DNA of 64,000 nucleotides, taken from positions 4,256,001 through 4,320,000 of the forward strand of contig OY760175.1 of NCBI GenBank assembly GCA_963663165.1, written 5' to 3'. How positions within the stretch are numbered: position 1 is the first letter of the stretch; each line of letters opens with the position of its first letter. The notes beneath the pieces are model-generated. The model ran no database searches. It was given only the letters and a program-made list of their open reading frames with translations, and was not told where the DNA came from. Made by a program: the position numbers and the translations under genes. This DNA comes from an uncultured Desulfospira sp. (lineage in GTDB: Bacteria; Desulfobacterota; Desulfobacteria; Desulfobacterales; Desulfobacteraceae). Shown one piece after another: positions 20,369 to 30,027 of the stretch.

Positions 20369-20807
20369 AAGGGAAACGTTTGTTTTCAACAGTCCCCTCG
20401 TTTTATGGGGCCGATGTCCATAACTATGATAATAGTCTGGGGTTTGGAATTCAGCATTTAGGGGTGTTCGTTTTTGATGTAGTCCTCGGTGAAAATTTCA
20501 ATCTATTTCATTGTTGTAAATTATCATACAACTACAGTGTGTGGACGGGGGAACTATTATCTTGGTTCCGTGTCTGGTCGAAAAATATCAATTTTGGTTT
20601 CAAGGCATTTTTTAAGAGATTGGTCATAGACGCCAACGCTATACCAGGAATCAGGTTTTTGATACAAATTGAGAATGGTCACAGAAAATCATGGAAAAAT
20701 TGAAGATAATTTGCAAGATATGTCAGGTTTGAGGCAGAAGTTCCCTTGTTTATCTCGCAAATAATCGTGAAACTCCTGCCTCCCCACCCAATAACAGGGC
20801 AGGAGAT

Positions 20808-21395
20808 ATGCTATCAGAAGTTCTAAAAAGCGAAAGTCTTTTTTGGAATCTATACAAAATAGATCTGGCAACAGCCGAACGTTATAGACAGATGAAGTGC
20901 CCCCACTGCCAGGGACCGTTGTATTATGCCAATTATCTGCGCAAACCCAGGGGGGAGCCTGAAGGGTTGTCTGAAGAATGTTTTTTACAATTCAGTTTAT
21001 GCTGCGGAAGGGAAGGCTGCCGACGGCGTTTGATCCCGCCAACCTGCCGTTTCCTTGGTAAAAACATTTACTGGTATGCGGCCATTCTGACGATTGTGTC
21101 CGACTGGCAGAACCAATCTGTAGGTATCACGATGTCCAGGTTTGCTGAAACAATCGGTATCTCCCGCAACACCCTTAGACGCTGGGTCGGTTTGTTTAAA
21201 GAAATATTTCCAACAAGCGCTCAATGGAAGAAAATCCGGGGCCGAGTGCCTGCAAGCGTGAAAAATGACAGTCTTCCGGCAAGTTTGGTCAACTTCTATC
21301 TGCATCAACAGGCATCCATCAAAGAAACGTTGATCTCCTGTTTGTCATTCTTGTCTCAAGGCAATGAAATATCACAAAAAATAAGGGCCGGGTAA
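20808..21395 (+). CDS. Transposon ORF1: Zn-ribbon plus HTH protein (DUF6431-like)
   Basis: CPHC...CCGREGCRRR and GISRNTLRRW. Confidence 0.7.
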   Translation: MLSEVLKSESLFWNLYKIDLATAERYRQMKCPHCQGPLYYANYLRKPRGEPEGLSEECFLQFSLCCGREGCRRRLIPPTCRFLGKNIYWYAAILTIVSDWQNQSVGITMSRFAETIGISRNTLRRWVGLFKEIFPTSAQWKKIRGRVPASVKNDSLPASLVNFYLHQQASIKETLISCLSFLSQGNEISQKIRAG

Positions 21396-21510
21396 TCTCA
21401 CGCAGAAGATGGGCGTGGCCTTGGGCGATCAACTGTTCTATCAAAGGGGCCGGGATTTTTATCAGCATTCCGCTGAAAATTTTAACTTAAAATTGAAAGG
21501 ACCCCGGCCT

Positions 21511-22956
21511 ATGAACAGTAAAAACCAAAGTCCGGTTGATAAATGGGCTTTGTTTCGCTTCTCAGTCGTTGGTGGTTTGCTGGCAAATCCGCCGGCCAAG
21601 GGTGAGCTGCGTAAGGAACTGGAAAAGCTTTCCAATCAGATTTACACCCATCCCATCACGAACGAATCGACGGTATTTCATTTTTCAACTATTGAAAGCT
21701 GGTATTACAAGGCAAAAAATGCCCAGGACCCCATCATTGCTTTAGGACGGAAAGTTCGTTCAGACTATGGCGGTTCAATTGTATTCACGCCTGAACTGAT
21801 CCGGATGCTGGGCAGACAATACCGGACCTATCCGAACTGGAGCTACAAACTGCACGCAGATAATTTCGCAGCAGAACTTCAAGAAAAAGCCAATTCAGTA
21901 TCGATACCATCCTATGCCAGTGTCCGGCGGCGGATGGTCGAAAGAGGGTGGACCAGGAAACCCTCAGCCAAGAAAAAACAGACAGCGGGCATGAAAACTG
22001 CCGCAACGCGGTTCGAAAGCCATGAGATCCGTGGATATGAAGCAGAATGTGTTCACAGCCTGTGGCATCTGGATTTTCATGAAGGCAGTCTGCGGGTGGT
22101 GGATAACAACGGTAACTGGTATACGCCCAAAGCCTTATGTATTCTTGACGACCACTCCCGCCTGTGCTGCCACATCCAATGGTATTCAGGAGAAACCACC
22201 CAGGATTTGATTCATGGATTGACCCAGGCCTTTTTCAAAAGGGGGCTTCCCAGGGCACTGATGACGGACAACGGATCTGCCATGACCTCCCATGAGTTTT
22301 GCAACGGGCTTAAGAAAACAGGGATACTTCATGAAACGACATTGCCCTACAGCCCTTATCAAAACGGTAAGCAGGAAGCCTTTTGGGGCACCCTTGAAGG
22401 CAGATTGATGGCCATGCTGACCCGGGTGGACCCTCTGACACTGGAATATCTCAATCACCGCAGTCAGGCTTGGGTCGAGATGGAATATAACAAAACCAGG
22501 CATAGTGACATCGGCACATCTCCTGTTCAACGCATGCTTGAAGGCAAAGATGTTTCCCGGCCGGCACCGGATGAAGAACAATTACGTTTCGCCTTTACAG
22601 TTTGCGAAGTCAGAAATCAGCGCAAGTCTGACGGTACCGTGTCCATCAACGGGGTAAGATTTGAGATCCCTTCCCGGTTTCACCATATCCCTCGGTTACA
22701 TGTCTGCTTTGCCAATTGGGATAAATCCATGGCCTGGCTCATGGACCAGAGAACCGGCAAACAGATTGCGCCGATCTACCCCCAAGACAAAATCAAAAAT
22801 GCTTCAGGAAAACGAAAGATCAAGTCGAGACCTGAACATACCATTCTACCGGATGAAACATTGAAAGAATCCGAGCCTGCATTATTAAGAAAACTGATGG
22901 CCGAGTATGCCCAAAGCGGCATGCCCCCAGCCTATCTGCCCAAAGGAGAATCATGA
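21511..22956 (+). CDS. DDE (rve/IS481/Mu-like) transposase
   Basis: WHLD, LDDHSR, TDNGSA, PYQNGKQE, YN..RHS, RKSDGTVSING; RBS before ATG 21511. Confidence 0.92.
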   Translation: MNSKNQSPVDKWALFRFSVVGGLLANPPAKGELRKELEKLSNQIYTHPITNESTVFHFSTIESWYYKAKNAQDPIIALGRKVRSDYGGSIVFTPELIRMLGRQYRTYPNWSYKLHADNFAAELQEKANSVSIPSYASVRRRMVERGWTRKPSAKKKQTAGMKTAATRFESHEIRGYEAECVHSLWHLDFHEGSLRVVDNNGNWYTPKALCILDDHSRLCCHIQWYSGETTQDLIHGLTQAFFKRGLPRALMTDNGSAMTSHEFCNGLKKTGILHETTLPYSPYQNGKQEAFWGTLEGRLMAMLTRVDPLTLEYLNHRSQAWVEMEYNKTRHSDIGTSPVQRMLEGKDVSRPAPDEEQLRFAFTVCEVRNQRKSDGTVSINGVRFEIPSRFHHIPRLHVCFANWDKSMAWLMDQRTGKQIAPIYPQDKIKNASGKRKIKSRPEHTILPDETLKESEPALLRKLMAEYAQSGMPPAYLPKGES

Positions 22957-23780
22957 ACAACAAACAGCTTCTGGCTTATTACGGCCTTAAATGGAATCCT
23001 TTTTTGTCCAATATCCCCGTGGAGGCTTTATGGCATCCGCCATTGATGAACAGTTTTATTTTTCGTCTTGAGAATATGACCCTGAACGGGGGCTTTGCTT
23101 TGATCAGCGGGGACCCTGGCCTTGGCAAATCCAAGGCGTTGCAGATGATTGCCCAAAAGTTCGGTAAACTTGACGAGGTAGTTGTCGGGGTAATGGAACG
23201 TCCCCAAAGCAGTGTCGGAGACTTTTACCGGGAAATGGGAGTTTTGTTTGGTGTCAATTTAAGCCCTGCCAACCGGTATGGCGGGTTCAAGGATCTTCGG
23301 GAGCGCTGGAGGCATCATGTAAAAACCACCTTGTTCCGGCCCATCCTGCTCATAGATGAAGCCCAGGAGATGCTGACCGGATGCTTAAATGAACTGCGTT
23401 TGTTGAACAGCGCGGACTTTGACTCCCAAAACCTGTTGACCACCGTGATTTGCGGCGATGACCGGCTCCCGGAACGGTTCAGATCAAGATCCCTGGTATC
23501 GCTGGGAAGCCGGATGCAGTTCCGGTTGACGCTGCTTCCCTATGTCCGGGATGACCTGCTGGATTACATGGATCACAGCCTGAACCAGGCCGGCGCCCCG
23601 CACTTAATGACGAAAACTCTGATCAGGACCCTTGCAGACCATTGCGCCGGCAACCTGCGGGTTCTTAACAGTATGGCCGCAGACCTGCTGGCTGCGGGGA
23701 TTGAGAAAGAACTCAATCAATTGGACGAAAAACTTTTTATGGAAGTCTATTCCAGACAGCCGCCCAATAAAAAATCATAG
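22953..23780 (+). CDS. ExeA/TniB/MuB-like AAA+ ATPase
   Basis: YGLKWNPF, Walker A GDPGLGKS, Walker B LLIDEAQ, GNLR; ATGA-coupled to the transposase. Confidence 0.88.
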   Translation: MNNKQLLAYYGLKWNPFLSNIPVEALWHPPLMNSFIFRLENMTLNGGFALISGDPGLGKSKALQMIAQKFGKLDEVVVGVMERPQSSVGDFYREMGVLFGVNLSPANRYGGFKDLRERWRHHVKTTLFRPILLIDEAQEMLTGCLNELRLLNSADFDSQNLLTTVICGDDRLPERFRSRSLVSLGSRMQFRLTLLPYVRDDLLDYMDHSLNQAGAPHLMTKTLIRTLADHCAGNLRVLNSMAADLLAAGIEKELNQLDEKLFMEVYSRQPPNKKS

Positions 23781-23789
23781 GAGAACAAT

Positions 23790-23972
23790 ATGGGTATTTA
23801 TGATGATCCGGACATGAAACTGGAAGAAATTACACAGGAATTGGAACATTTTATCCTGGATATGGTCCTTGCCGGACTTGAAAACTTGAATATGGAATAT
23901 CGGGCCTTCAGGCAATTCCAGAAACAAAGGCTCACGGAAAAGAACCGTCATAAAGAACACGAGCCGTTTTAA
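23790..23972 (+). CDS. Small hypothetical protein of the transposon
   Basis: AGGAG RBS; 60 aa; co-oriented between the ATPase and the primase. Confidence 0.55.
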   Translation: MGIYDDPDMKLEEITQELEHFILDMVLAGLENLNMEYRAFRQFQKQRLTEKNRHKEHEPF

Positions 23973-24009
23973 ACGTACGCCCGGACTCTAAAGGTCCGGG
24001 CCTGCCTCA

Positions 24010-24798
24010 ATGGAAAAAATACTATGGAAAATCGGCAATTATTTTAAGCACCGCTTCAGCCTGGCAGTTCTTGATGAAATTAAGGGCCGGTGGCCCGTTC
24101 TCCCCTCTTGTAAAAACATCCCTTATCTTAAAGCTGAAAATGCCGGAGGAAGGCACATCCTGATCAGACCTGATCCTGTTATTGAGCCTTATTATTTTCT
24201 TGCCGACGATTTAAACATTGACCTGCTTATCCGGCATCATCAATCCATATCAAACCGCTTTAAACCAGGCAGGATGGTTATGGAAACATCTCCCGGCAAT
24301 TATCAAATTTGGATTCACAGTGACCGTCCGTTAAGCCTTCCCGAAAAAAAGTATTGGTTGGAAAACATGCACAGTGATCCCGGCGCCGACCCGAAAAACA
24401 GGTGGGGCAGATGCCCCGGGTTCAGGAACAGAAAAGCAAAACATAGAACGCCTTCAGGACAATACCCTTTGGCAAAGCTATTATGGGTGGACTGGAAATG
24501 CCAGGCTATTGTCCCTGAAATAGAATTATCCTCCCGACCTCAAGAAGTCTTTTCCCATCAACCCCGGGGGGGAGTGTGCCATAACGGTAATATTTCCCGC
24601 TCCCTCTATGATAAGGGTGACGAATCTGCCACTGATTTTGCATATGCTCTGGCCCTCTATAGAAGAGGTTTTTCACGAATGGAAATTTACAATCGCATTA
24701 TCAATGAAAGGCAGGATTGGATTAATCATGCGGATGAACGAAAAAAAACACAGTATCTGATCAGGACATTACAAAAAGCTGAAAAAATTATCAGTTAA
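24010..24798 (+). CDS. RepB-type (RSF1010 RepB'-like, AEP superfamily) DNA primase
   Basis: LADDL, ETSPGNYQIW, DPGAD...GRCPGFRNRK and C-terminal helical motif DESATDFAYALAL..G. Confidence 0.8.
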   Translation: MEKILWKIGNYFKHRFSLAVLDEIKGRWPVLPSCKNIPYLKAENAGGRHILIRPDPVIEPYYFLADDLNIDLLIRHHQSISNRFKPGRMVMETSPGNYQIWIHSDRPLSLPEKKYWLENMHSDPGADPKNRWGRCPGFRNRKAKHRTPSGQYPLAKLLWVDWKCQAIVPEIELSSRPQEVFSHQPRGGVCHNGNISRSLYDKGDESATDFAYALALYRRGFSRMEIYNRIINERQDWINHADERKKTQYLIRTLQKAEKIIS

Positions 24799-26871
24799 AA
24801 TCGGGCTCTCTTGGCCTCCGGGAAAGCCCTTATTTACCATGAAACGTTGTCCATGAATTATCGTGATTGCTCTCAACAAATCCAGGCCGCGGCCGATTTT
24901 AATTGTCCAGCCATTATCGATCCTGATTTCACGGTCATGGAGATGTTCGTTTATTTTGATATCAAGCGCGATATCCAGTTCTAAAAGGCTTTGTTTTACA
25001 TCGTTCAGCCGGTCTGAAAGTTCTTTTAGGTCTGTCTGGTCATCGTAGCTCGTTAAAAGTGAAATTTTCTGGACTGTTGGTGTTTTAATCACCGCCTCAC
25101 AAAACCGGATGAAATTTTGAACCTGGTGGTTTGCCCGGATATATGGATCTTCTATCTCTATGGTTTTAGCTCCTGTCAGGTACGGGGATAAAATGGATTC
25201 ATAGCTGTATCCCGTTGCGCCATAGTTGATGGTAAAATGTTGCTCCCGAGGTTCCTCTTTTATGAGGAGTTCCGCGCCGGGTTCTTCTTCCGGTTCAGGC
25301 AGTTTTAGCTGATCCACCGAAGCAATTTTTTGTTTTTCCGCACTTTTCTGCCGGCTGTTTTCCTTTGTTCCTTCACTGCCGTGGATATCCTTTCTGACAG
25401 GTTCCTGGGTGGCGTCTGCTGTTTTTGATTCCGGGCAATAAACAACAATTTCTTGGTCTTTGCTGTTGATATACGACAAATTGATTTTTGCAAATTCATC
25501 ATCTGATTTGCGTTTGTTCATCTGCTCTTTGACACGCCTTCGGCATTCAATGGCATAGGAGACATATTCTTCAAATTCTTCATCTGAAACATTACCCGCC
25601 GGATGAAGGATTTTCAGAAAAGAGGCCACAGTCTTTTTGATGCCTTTTTCATCCCGGCCTTCAACGGATTTGCCAAGGCGAATTCGCTTGCTGACCTCCT
25701 CGTACCGGTTGGTGTGCTTGAGTTGATGGTGAAAGGCTTCGGCAAGATAATCGGTGATAAATCCGTAGTTTTTCGTTAGAAAATCACTGCTGTTTTTGGG
25801 CATTTCCCAGCCGGGCAGATAAAGGGCAAACCTGTCCATCACAGCCAGGTCAAATTCCTTGGGAAGGGGCTGAAAAAGGTCATAAACTTCTGAGTGAACG
25901 ATCTGCTGGACAGACAAGTCAAGGTTGCCCACAAAGGCCATGGATGCATCAGCAATTACCTCAACCCCACGGGAAAACCGGCCGTTGGCCATGAAATCTT
26001 TCATGATCTGAATGGTATCCTGATCCTTGACCTTGATCCCGCCGACTTCATCAAATGCCACGGTGTCCCAGAACCCGACCAGTCCGATTTTTTTCCGCTG
26101 GTTATTATAAAACAAAGTTGCTTTAGTGGCCTGGCCACCGCTGATCAGGGTTGAGTATGGTGAAAATTCACTAAAAAAGTATGACTTGCCGGTACCTCGC
26201 GGTCCAAGCTCAATAAAATTAAAATTGGGTTCAACCAGCGGGAACAATCGGGCTATGAAGTGGAGTTTCAGCCGTGGGGATAAAACCGTTGGTTCCAGCC
26301 CCACGGAACGCAAAATAATATCTATCCACTCATTGCGGGTAAGTTCGTTTCTTCCTTCGCAGTAACGCTCAAAATCGAATCGACTGAGCTGAATCGGGCG
26401 CAGGTCTTCCACATAAAAAGCATAGTCATCTTCTTCAATCTCATTATATGCGATGGTAACTTCCGCCCACAATCCACCCTGGAGCAACCGGTCATTTTCA
26501 TCAAAGTATTTATGGGCAATGGCAATCCGCCTGGAGTCGAAATTCTCTAATGCCGCCCAATGCCTGCGGTCTTTTTCCACATAATTGACGTGGACTTTAT
26601 CAATAAATCTGTATTTCCCTTTGGTCGCCACTTTGGACTGGGCTTTGTTGGCTTCATTGGGACGCACATAATTGTCATTGAGCGTTTCCAGAACCGCCTC
26701 AAGTCCGGCCTGAATTTCTGCCGGTTCATCACTGGCGCAATATCGTGCCAGCAAAAATTCCAGCACAAAGGTGGGCACATTGGTACCTTTTTTGATGCGG
26801 TGGAGCAGATCTTTGCGAACCACCTTTCCGTCAAACACTGAAATCAGTTTTTTATCTAATGCATCCATATT

Positions 26872-29403
26872 TTATACCGTATAATCTGTTTCCAAGTCGA
26901 TCTGGTCATAGGCCGTCATTGTTGTGGGATTCAATGCCTTGATTTTAAATTTGCCTTCAAATTCCATGCTCATTTTAATGGCCACCTTCACTTTCTCACC
27001 GGCCTTAAGCGTAATGACGCCGGTCGCGGGATTTACAGATCCGCCGGGCTTTGCCTCACCCACGACATTGCCTTTCTTGTCATGGGCTTCCAGCAAGATT
27101 TCAAACTCTTTATCAGGTGAAAATAGACTCTGGGAGATCGCCTGCACATCAATGACCGGCAACCTTGTTGTAATCCGTTTTGCGCCATTTTTATAGCTCA
27201 GCTCTATGGAAACATCCTTGTCATCGCCCAAGTTGCTTTGCTTCAACTGCAACTGGATCACCGGCACTACACACTCCTGGAGCGAACACCCACCATGGTA
27301 ATAAAGCAACCCGTCCCTATATGATGCCATGCTCAAAGGTCCGGCAAAACAGTTGTAATCTCCTTGGATACCAGCTTTTTCAGCCTCCACACAAAAGTGA
27401 ACGGCATCTGCCTGACCATCTCCTATCAAGGCCCGGTCATGGATATTCACCCAGTTCCCGGGCAATTTTGTACAGGTATCCCCGGGGCCTGCATGGGTAT
27501 TCATAAAAAATCCATGGTCTGTGGCAATGACCGCCTCTTCAAATCCTGCTTCCTGTAGCTTATGAACCGCCACACGAATTCGTTTAAGCGCATTGGTTAT
27601 TTCCGTGGGTGCCGTATCCGGATTATTTTCAAAATGCGTATCGATTTCCACAGACCTTAATACCAGCAGATCCGTATCCGGACTGATGTCAAAACGTTTT
27701 CGAACAAAATCCTCCAGCCGGGTCTCCTGGAAACGGCTTCCATACTTCTTTTGTATCAAATCCATGCGATGGGCAACATTGGTCACGACAATTCCATTGA
27801 CCTGGGGGGCAAACCCGGCATCGGTTTTGACCAGTTTAAAATCAACAGACGCACCGGGCAAAAGACCTGCCATTCCCACAGGGGTAATACTTGGCAGCTG
27901 CACCAATGCCGGTGTGATTTGTGCCTGGGTGTCTTCCAAAAGCTGCTTTTCCAGTTCAACACCCAGCTCATACCGCAGGGCATCCACCATGATCAAAGCA
28001 ATTTTATGGCCGCTGATTTCAAGTTTCGGGGCCACCATATTATCAAACACCTGGGTGTTCGCCATTCTGCCGGTGACCGGCCAGCCTGTCTGCTGAAAGT
28101 GCCTGGTGAAAAGAGACTGCACTTTTCCCGTGAGTACTCCATATTGCTTTCGCACAAACACCTGAACCGGCGTAAAAATCCCCTGGATATCTTTCCATAC
28201 ATAATCACTGACGGCCTGCTCAAATTCCCGGTGCCTCTGGTCCACCTCCCTGAACCGGCTGATATAAAAGTCAATCAGCGCGTCCATGGATTTCCCATGA
28301 TCCTGCAACGCCCGGTCATTATCCCGGCAGCATTCAATCAGGGTAACAGCAGATCGTAAAAAATCCCACTGGGCCTGGCTTTCTCCTTTGCCATGCCATA
28401 CCGAAGCAGCATGGTTTGAAATGATTCCCCGGGCCTGATCAATATCATCGTCCAGTAAGGCCGATATGGCATTTTTCAAAAAGGTCCGCTCTTCAAAGGG
28501 AAAGGTGTCTTTAATCCCCAGATCCCTGATATGGCTGCATGCCTCAACCAGGTTCAACCCTTGGGATTTGCTTTCTATGGATTCCGCACGCTGGACGTAG
28601 ATATTCTGGGTCCGCCGGTCATTTCGCAGGCGATCGCACAGATCTTCTATCAAAGGTCTGGCAGCCCCTGGTGCATGGGGGACATCGCTTAAACTATCGG
28701 GAAGGGATTCGGGCAGATCAAACATGAATTCGCTGAACAAAAGATAGCGCCACAATTCGTCTGCAATGGAAGACCAGGTTTTCCCTTTTGTTTTCAGGCC
28801 AAGTCCCATGCTGCCCTTTAAAAGGTCTTTTACCTCCCCCACCCAGGCGTCATTTCCTTTAAGCGCATCCAGCTGCCTGTCACTGGGACTGAGCAGGGCA
28901 AACAGGATATCCCGGGTGGATTCCACGGCCAACAACGCCCTCAGGTTGGGCCAGTTGAGACCGCCGCCAATGGCATCAATCACCGCAAAGCCTGGATTTT
29001 CATTTTCCGTGAACACAGCCCGCACCTGGGTGGCATGGTCAGGTTTGGCCTTCAGGCAGATGCTCAAATAAGTGTCCCCGTCACCGTCCGGAAAAATAGC
29101 GCCGCACGCCGGATAGAGCGCAAAGGGATCTCTTTGTTTTTCTTCATCTTCAATGGGTTTGGCTGCCGGCACATAAATCAGCAGCTGTTCTATCTCATTG
29201 CGGCCCAGGGCCGACAGCGCTTCAATGGCTTCGGCCCGGCTGGTGATACTGGAGGGACTTGCATCCACCACCCGGCGCGTGTCATCAGCCATTTCAAGGC
29301 ACAGCTGCCCATAGCGGCCATCCGGGTCATACACGGCTAAAACCTGCGCTTTTTGCAGGCGGGGTATTAATATCTCTTCCTGAATAAAGGCTTTTATGCT
29401 CAT
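26872..29403 (-). CDS. pglZ: BREX PglZ alkaline-phosphatase-fold protein
   Basis: VDALRYELG, LPSITPVGMAGLLP, ATDHGF, HGGCSLQE. Confidence 0.93.
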   Translation of the reverse strand: MSIKAFIQEEILIPRLQKAQVLAVYDPDGRYGQLCLEMADDTRRVVDASPSSITSRAEAIEALSALGRNEIEQLLIYVPAAKPIEDEEKQRDPFALYPACGAIFPDGDGDTYLSICLKAKPDHATQVRAVFTENENPGFAVIDAIGGGLNWPNLRALLAVESTRDILFALLSPSDRQLDALKGNDAWVGEVKDLLKGSMGLGLKTKGKTWSSIADELWRYLLFSEFMFDLPESLPDSLSDVPHAPGAARPLIEDLCDRLRNDRRTQNIYVQRAESIESKSQGLNLVEACSHIRDLGIKDTFPFEERTFLKNAISALLDDDIDQARGIISNHAASVWHGKGESQAQWDFLRSAVTLIECCRDNDRALQDHGKSMDALIDFYISRFREVDQRHREFEQAVSDYVWKDIQGIFTPVQVFVRKQYGVLTGKVQSLFTRHFQQTGWPVTGRMANTQVFDNMVAPKLEISGHKIALIMVDALRYELGVELEKQLLEDTQAQITPALVQLPSITPVGMAGLLPGASVDFKLVKTDAGFAPQVNGIVVTNVAHRMDLIQKKYGSRFQETRLEDFVRKRFDISPDTDLLVLRSVEIDTHFENNPDTAPTEITNALKRIRVAVHKLQEAGFEEAVIATDHGFFMNTHAGPGDTCTKLPGNWVNIHDRALIGDGQADAVHFCVEAEKAGIQGDYNCFAGPLSMASYRDGLLYYHGGCSLQECVVPVIQLQLKQSNLGDDKDVSIELSYKNGAKRITTRLPVIDVQAISQSLFSPDKEFEILLEAHDKKGNVVGEAKPGGSVNPATGVITLKAGEKVKVAIKMSMEFEGKFKIKALNPTTMTAYDQIDLETDYTV

Positions 29404-30027
29404 GCAATGGCTCCTGCAACAATCGACTGTACAGCTCCGCAGAACTTGTTAAAACTCAAAGAGCGGTTTTGATTGATATCCATACACCGGGCAACCTGTC
29501 TTGCACACTCTGCTTTGCGCAGCCCCCCTGCAAAATAAACCGGCCCGTTTTAAAATTCGTTCCAGGGCTTCCCAGGTGCCGCCCTGGATATTGTCGGGGT
29601 CCCGATAGGTCGCTTTTCCCGGAATGTTTTTGGGAACCTTGGGATACGCTGTTTTAACTGCGGCCCAGTCCCCGAAGTACCAGGATTCAAGCTCCTCGAT
29701 CACAATGCGGTTGGTCACCTTGAAATTTTCACCGGCCCGGGCGCATGATCTGGTTAAAAACCCGGCGTCCCTGGCATACTGCTCCAGCTGCTGTTTCAAA
29801 ATCATGCAGTCATCATCGTCCCGGTCCACCAGCACCAGGATCGACCAGGTGTCGGGCATCCATGCGCTATATCCTTTCAGCCGTGATGGCAGCTGTTTTA
29901 ACAGATCATCCTTGCACTGGAACCGGATAATCTGATGTTCAGCCCCATCCAGCATGCTGGGCAGCAGGATATCCAGAGCCGCTTCCATGGAATACTCCTC
30001 CACAAAAACGATCAGTTTCTCCAGCAT
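29400..30027 (-). pseudogene. DUF4276-like (TOPRIM-like) protein with a +1 frameshift near 29538
   Basis: VFVEEYS, VDRDDDD, EELESWYFGD. Removing one T restores GYFAGGLRKAECARQVARCMDINQNRSLSF and a TGA overlapping the pglZ ATG. Confidence 0.72.

Larger units (their letters stand above)
20670..24875 (+). mobile_element. 4206 bp TG...CA transposon: Cys-rich/HTH ORF, DDE transposase, ExeA-like ATPase, small ORF, RepB-type primase
   Basis: Imperfect terminal IRs TGAGAATGGTCACAGAAAATCATGGAAAA / TGAGAGCAATCACGATAATTCATGGACAA; 6-bp direct repeat ACAAAT at 20664-20669 and 24876-24881. Confidence 0.92.
20557..26868 (-). pseudogene. brxL: BrxL (MCM-like AAA+ with a MIT_C/PLD-like C-terminus instead of Lon), split by transposon 20670-24875
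   Basis: ELGPRGTGKS, VAFDEV, LPGWE, GRDE; EDPYIR and HDREIRIDNGWTIKIGRGLD. Removing the insert and one ACAAAT copy restores GLDL-YQKPDSWYSVGVYDQSLKKCLETKIDIF, 2100 bp in frame. Confidence 0.9.

Noticed and set aside
24769..24875. BrxL C-terminus LRAITIIHG...FSFL
   Set aside because: Read-through into the transposon end; the true tail is at 20557-20669.
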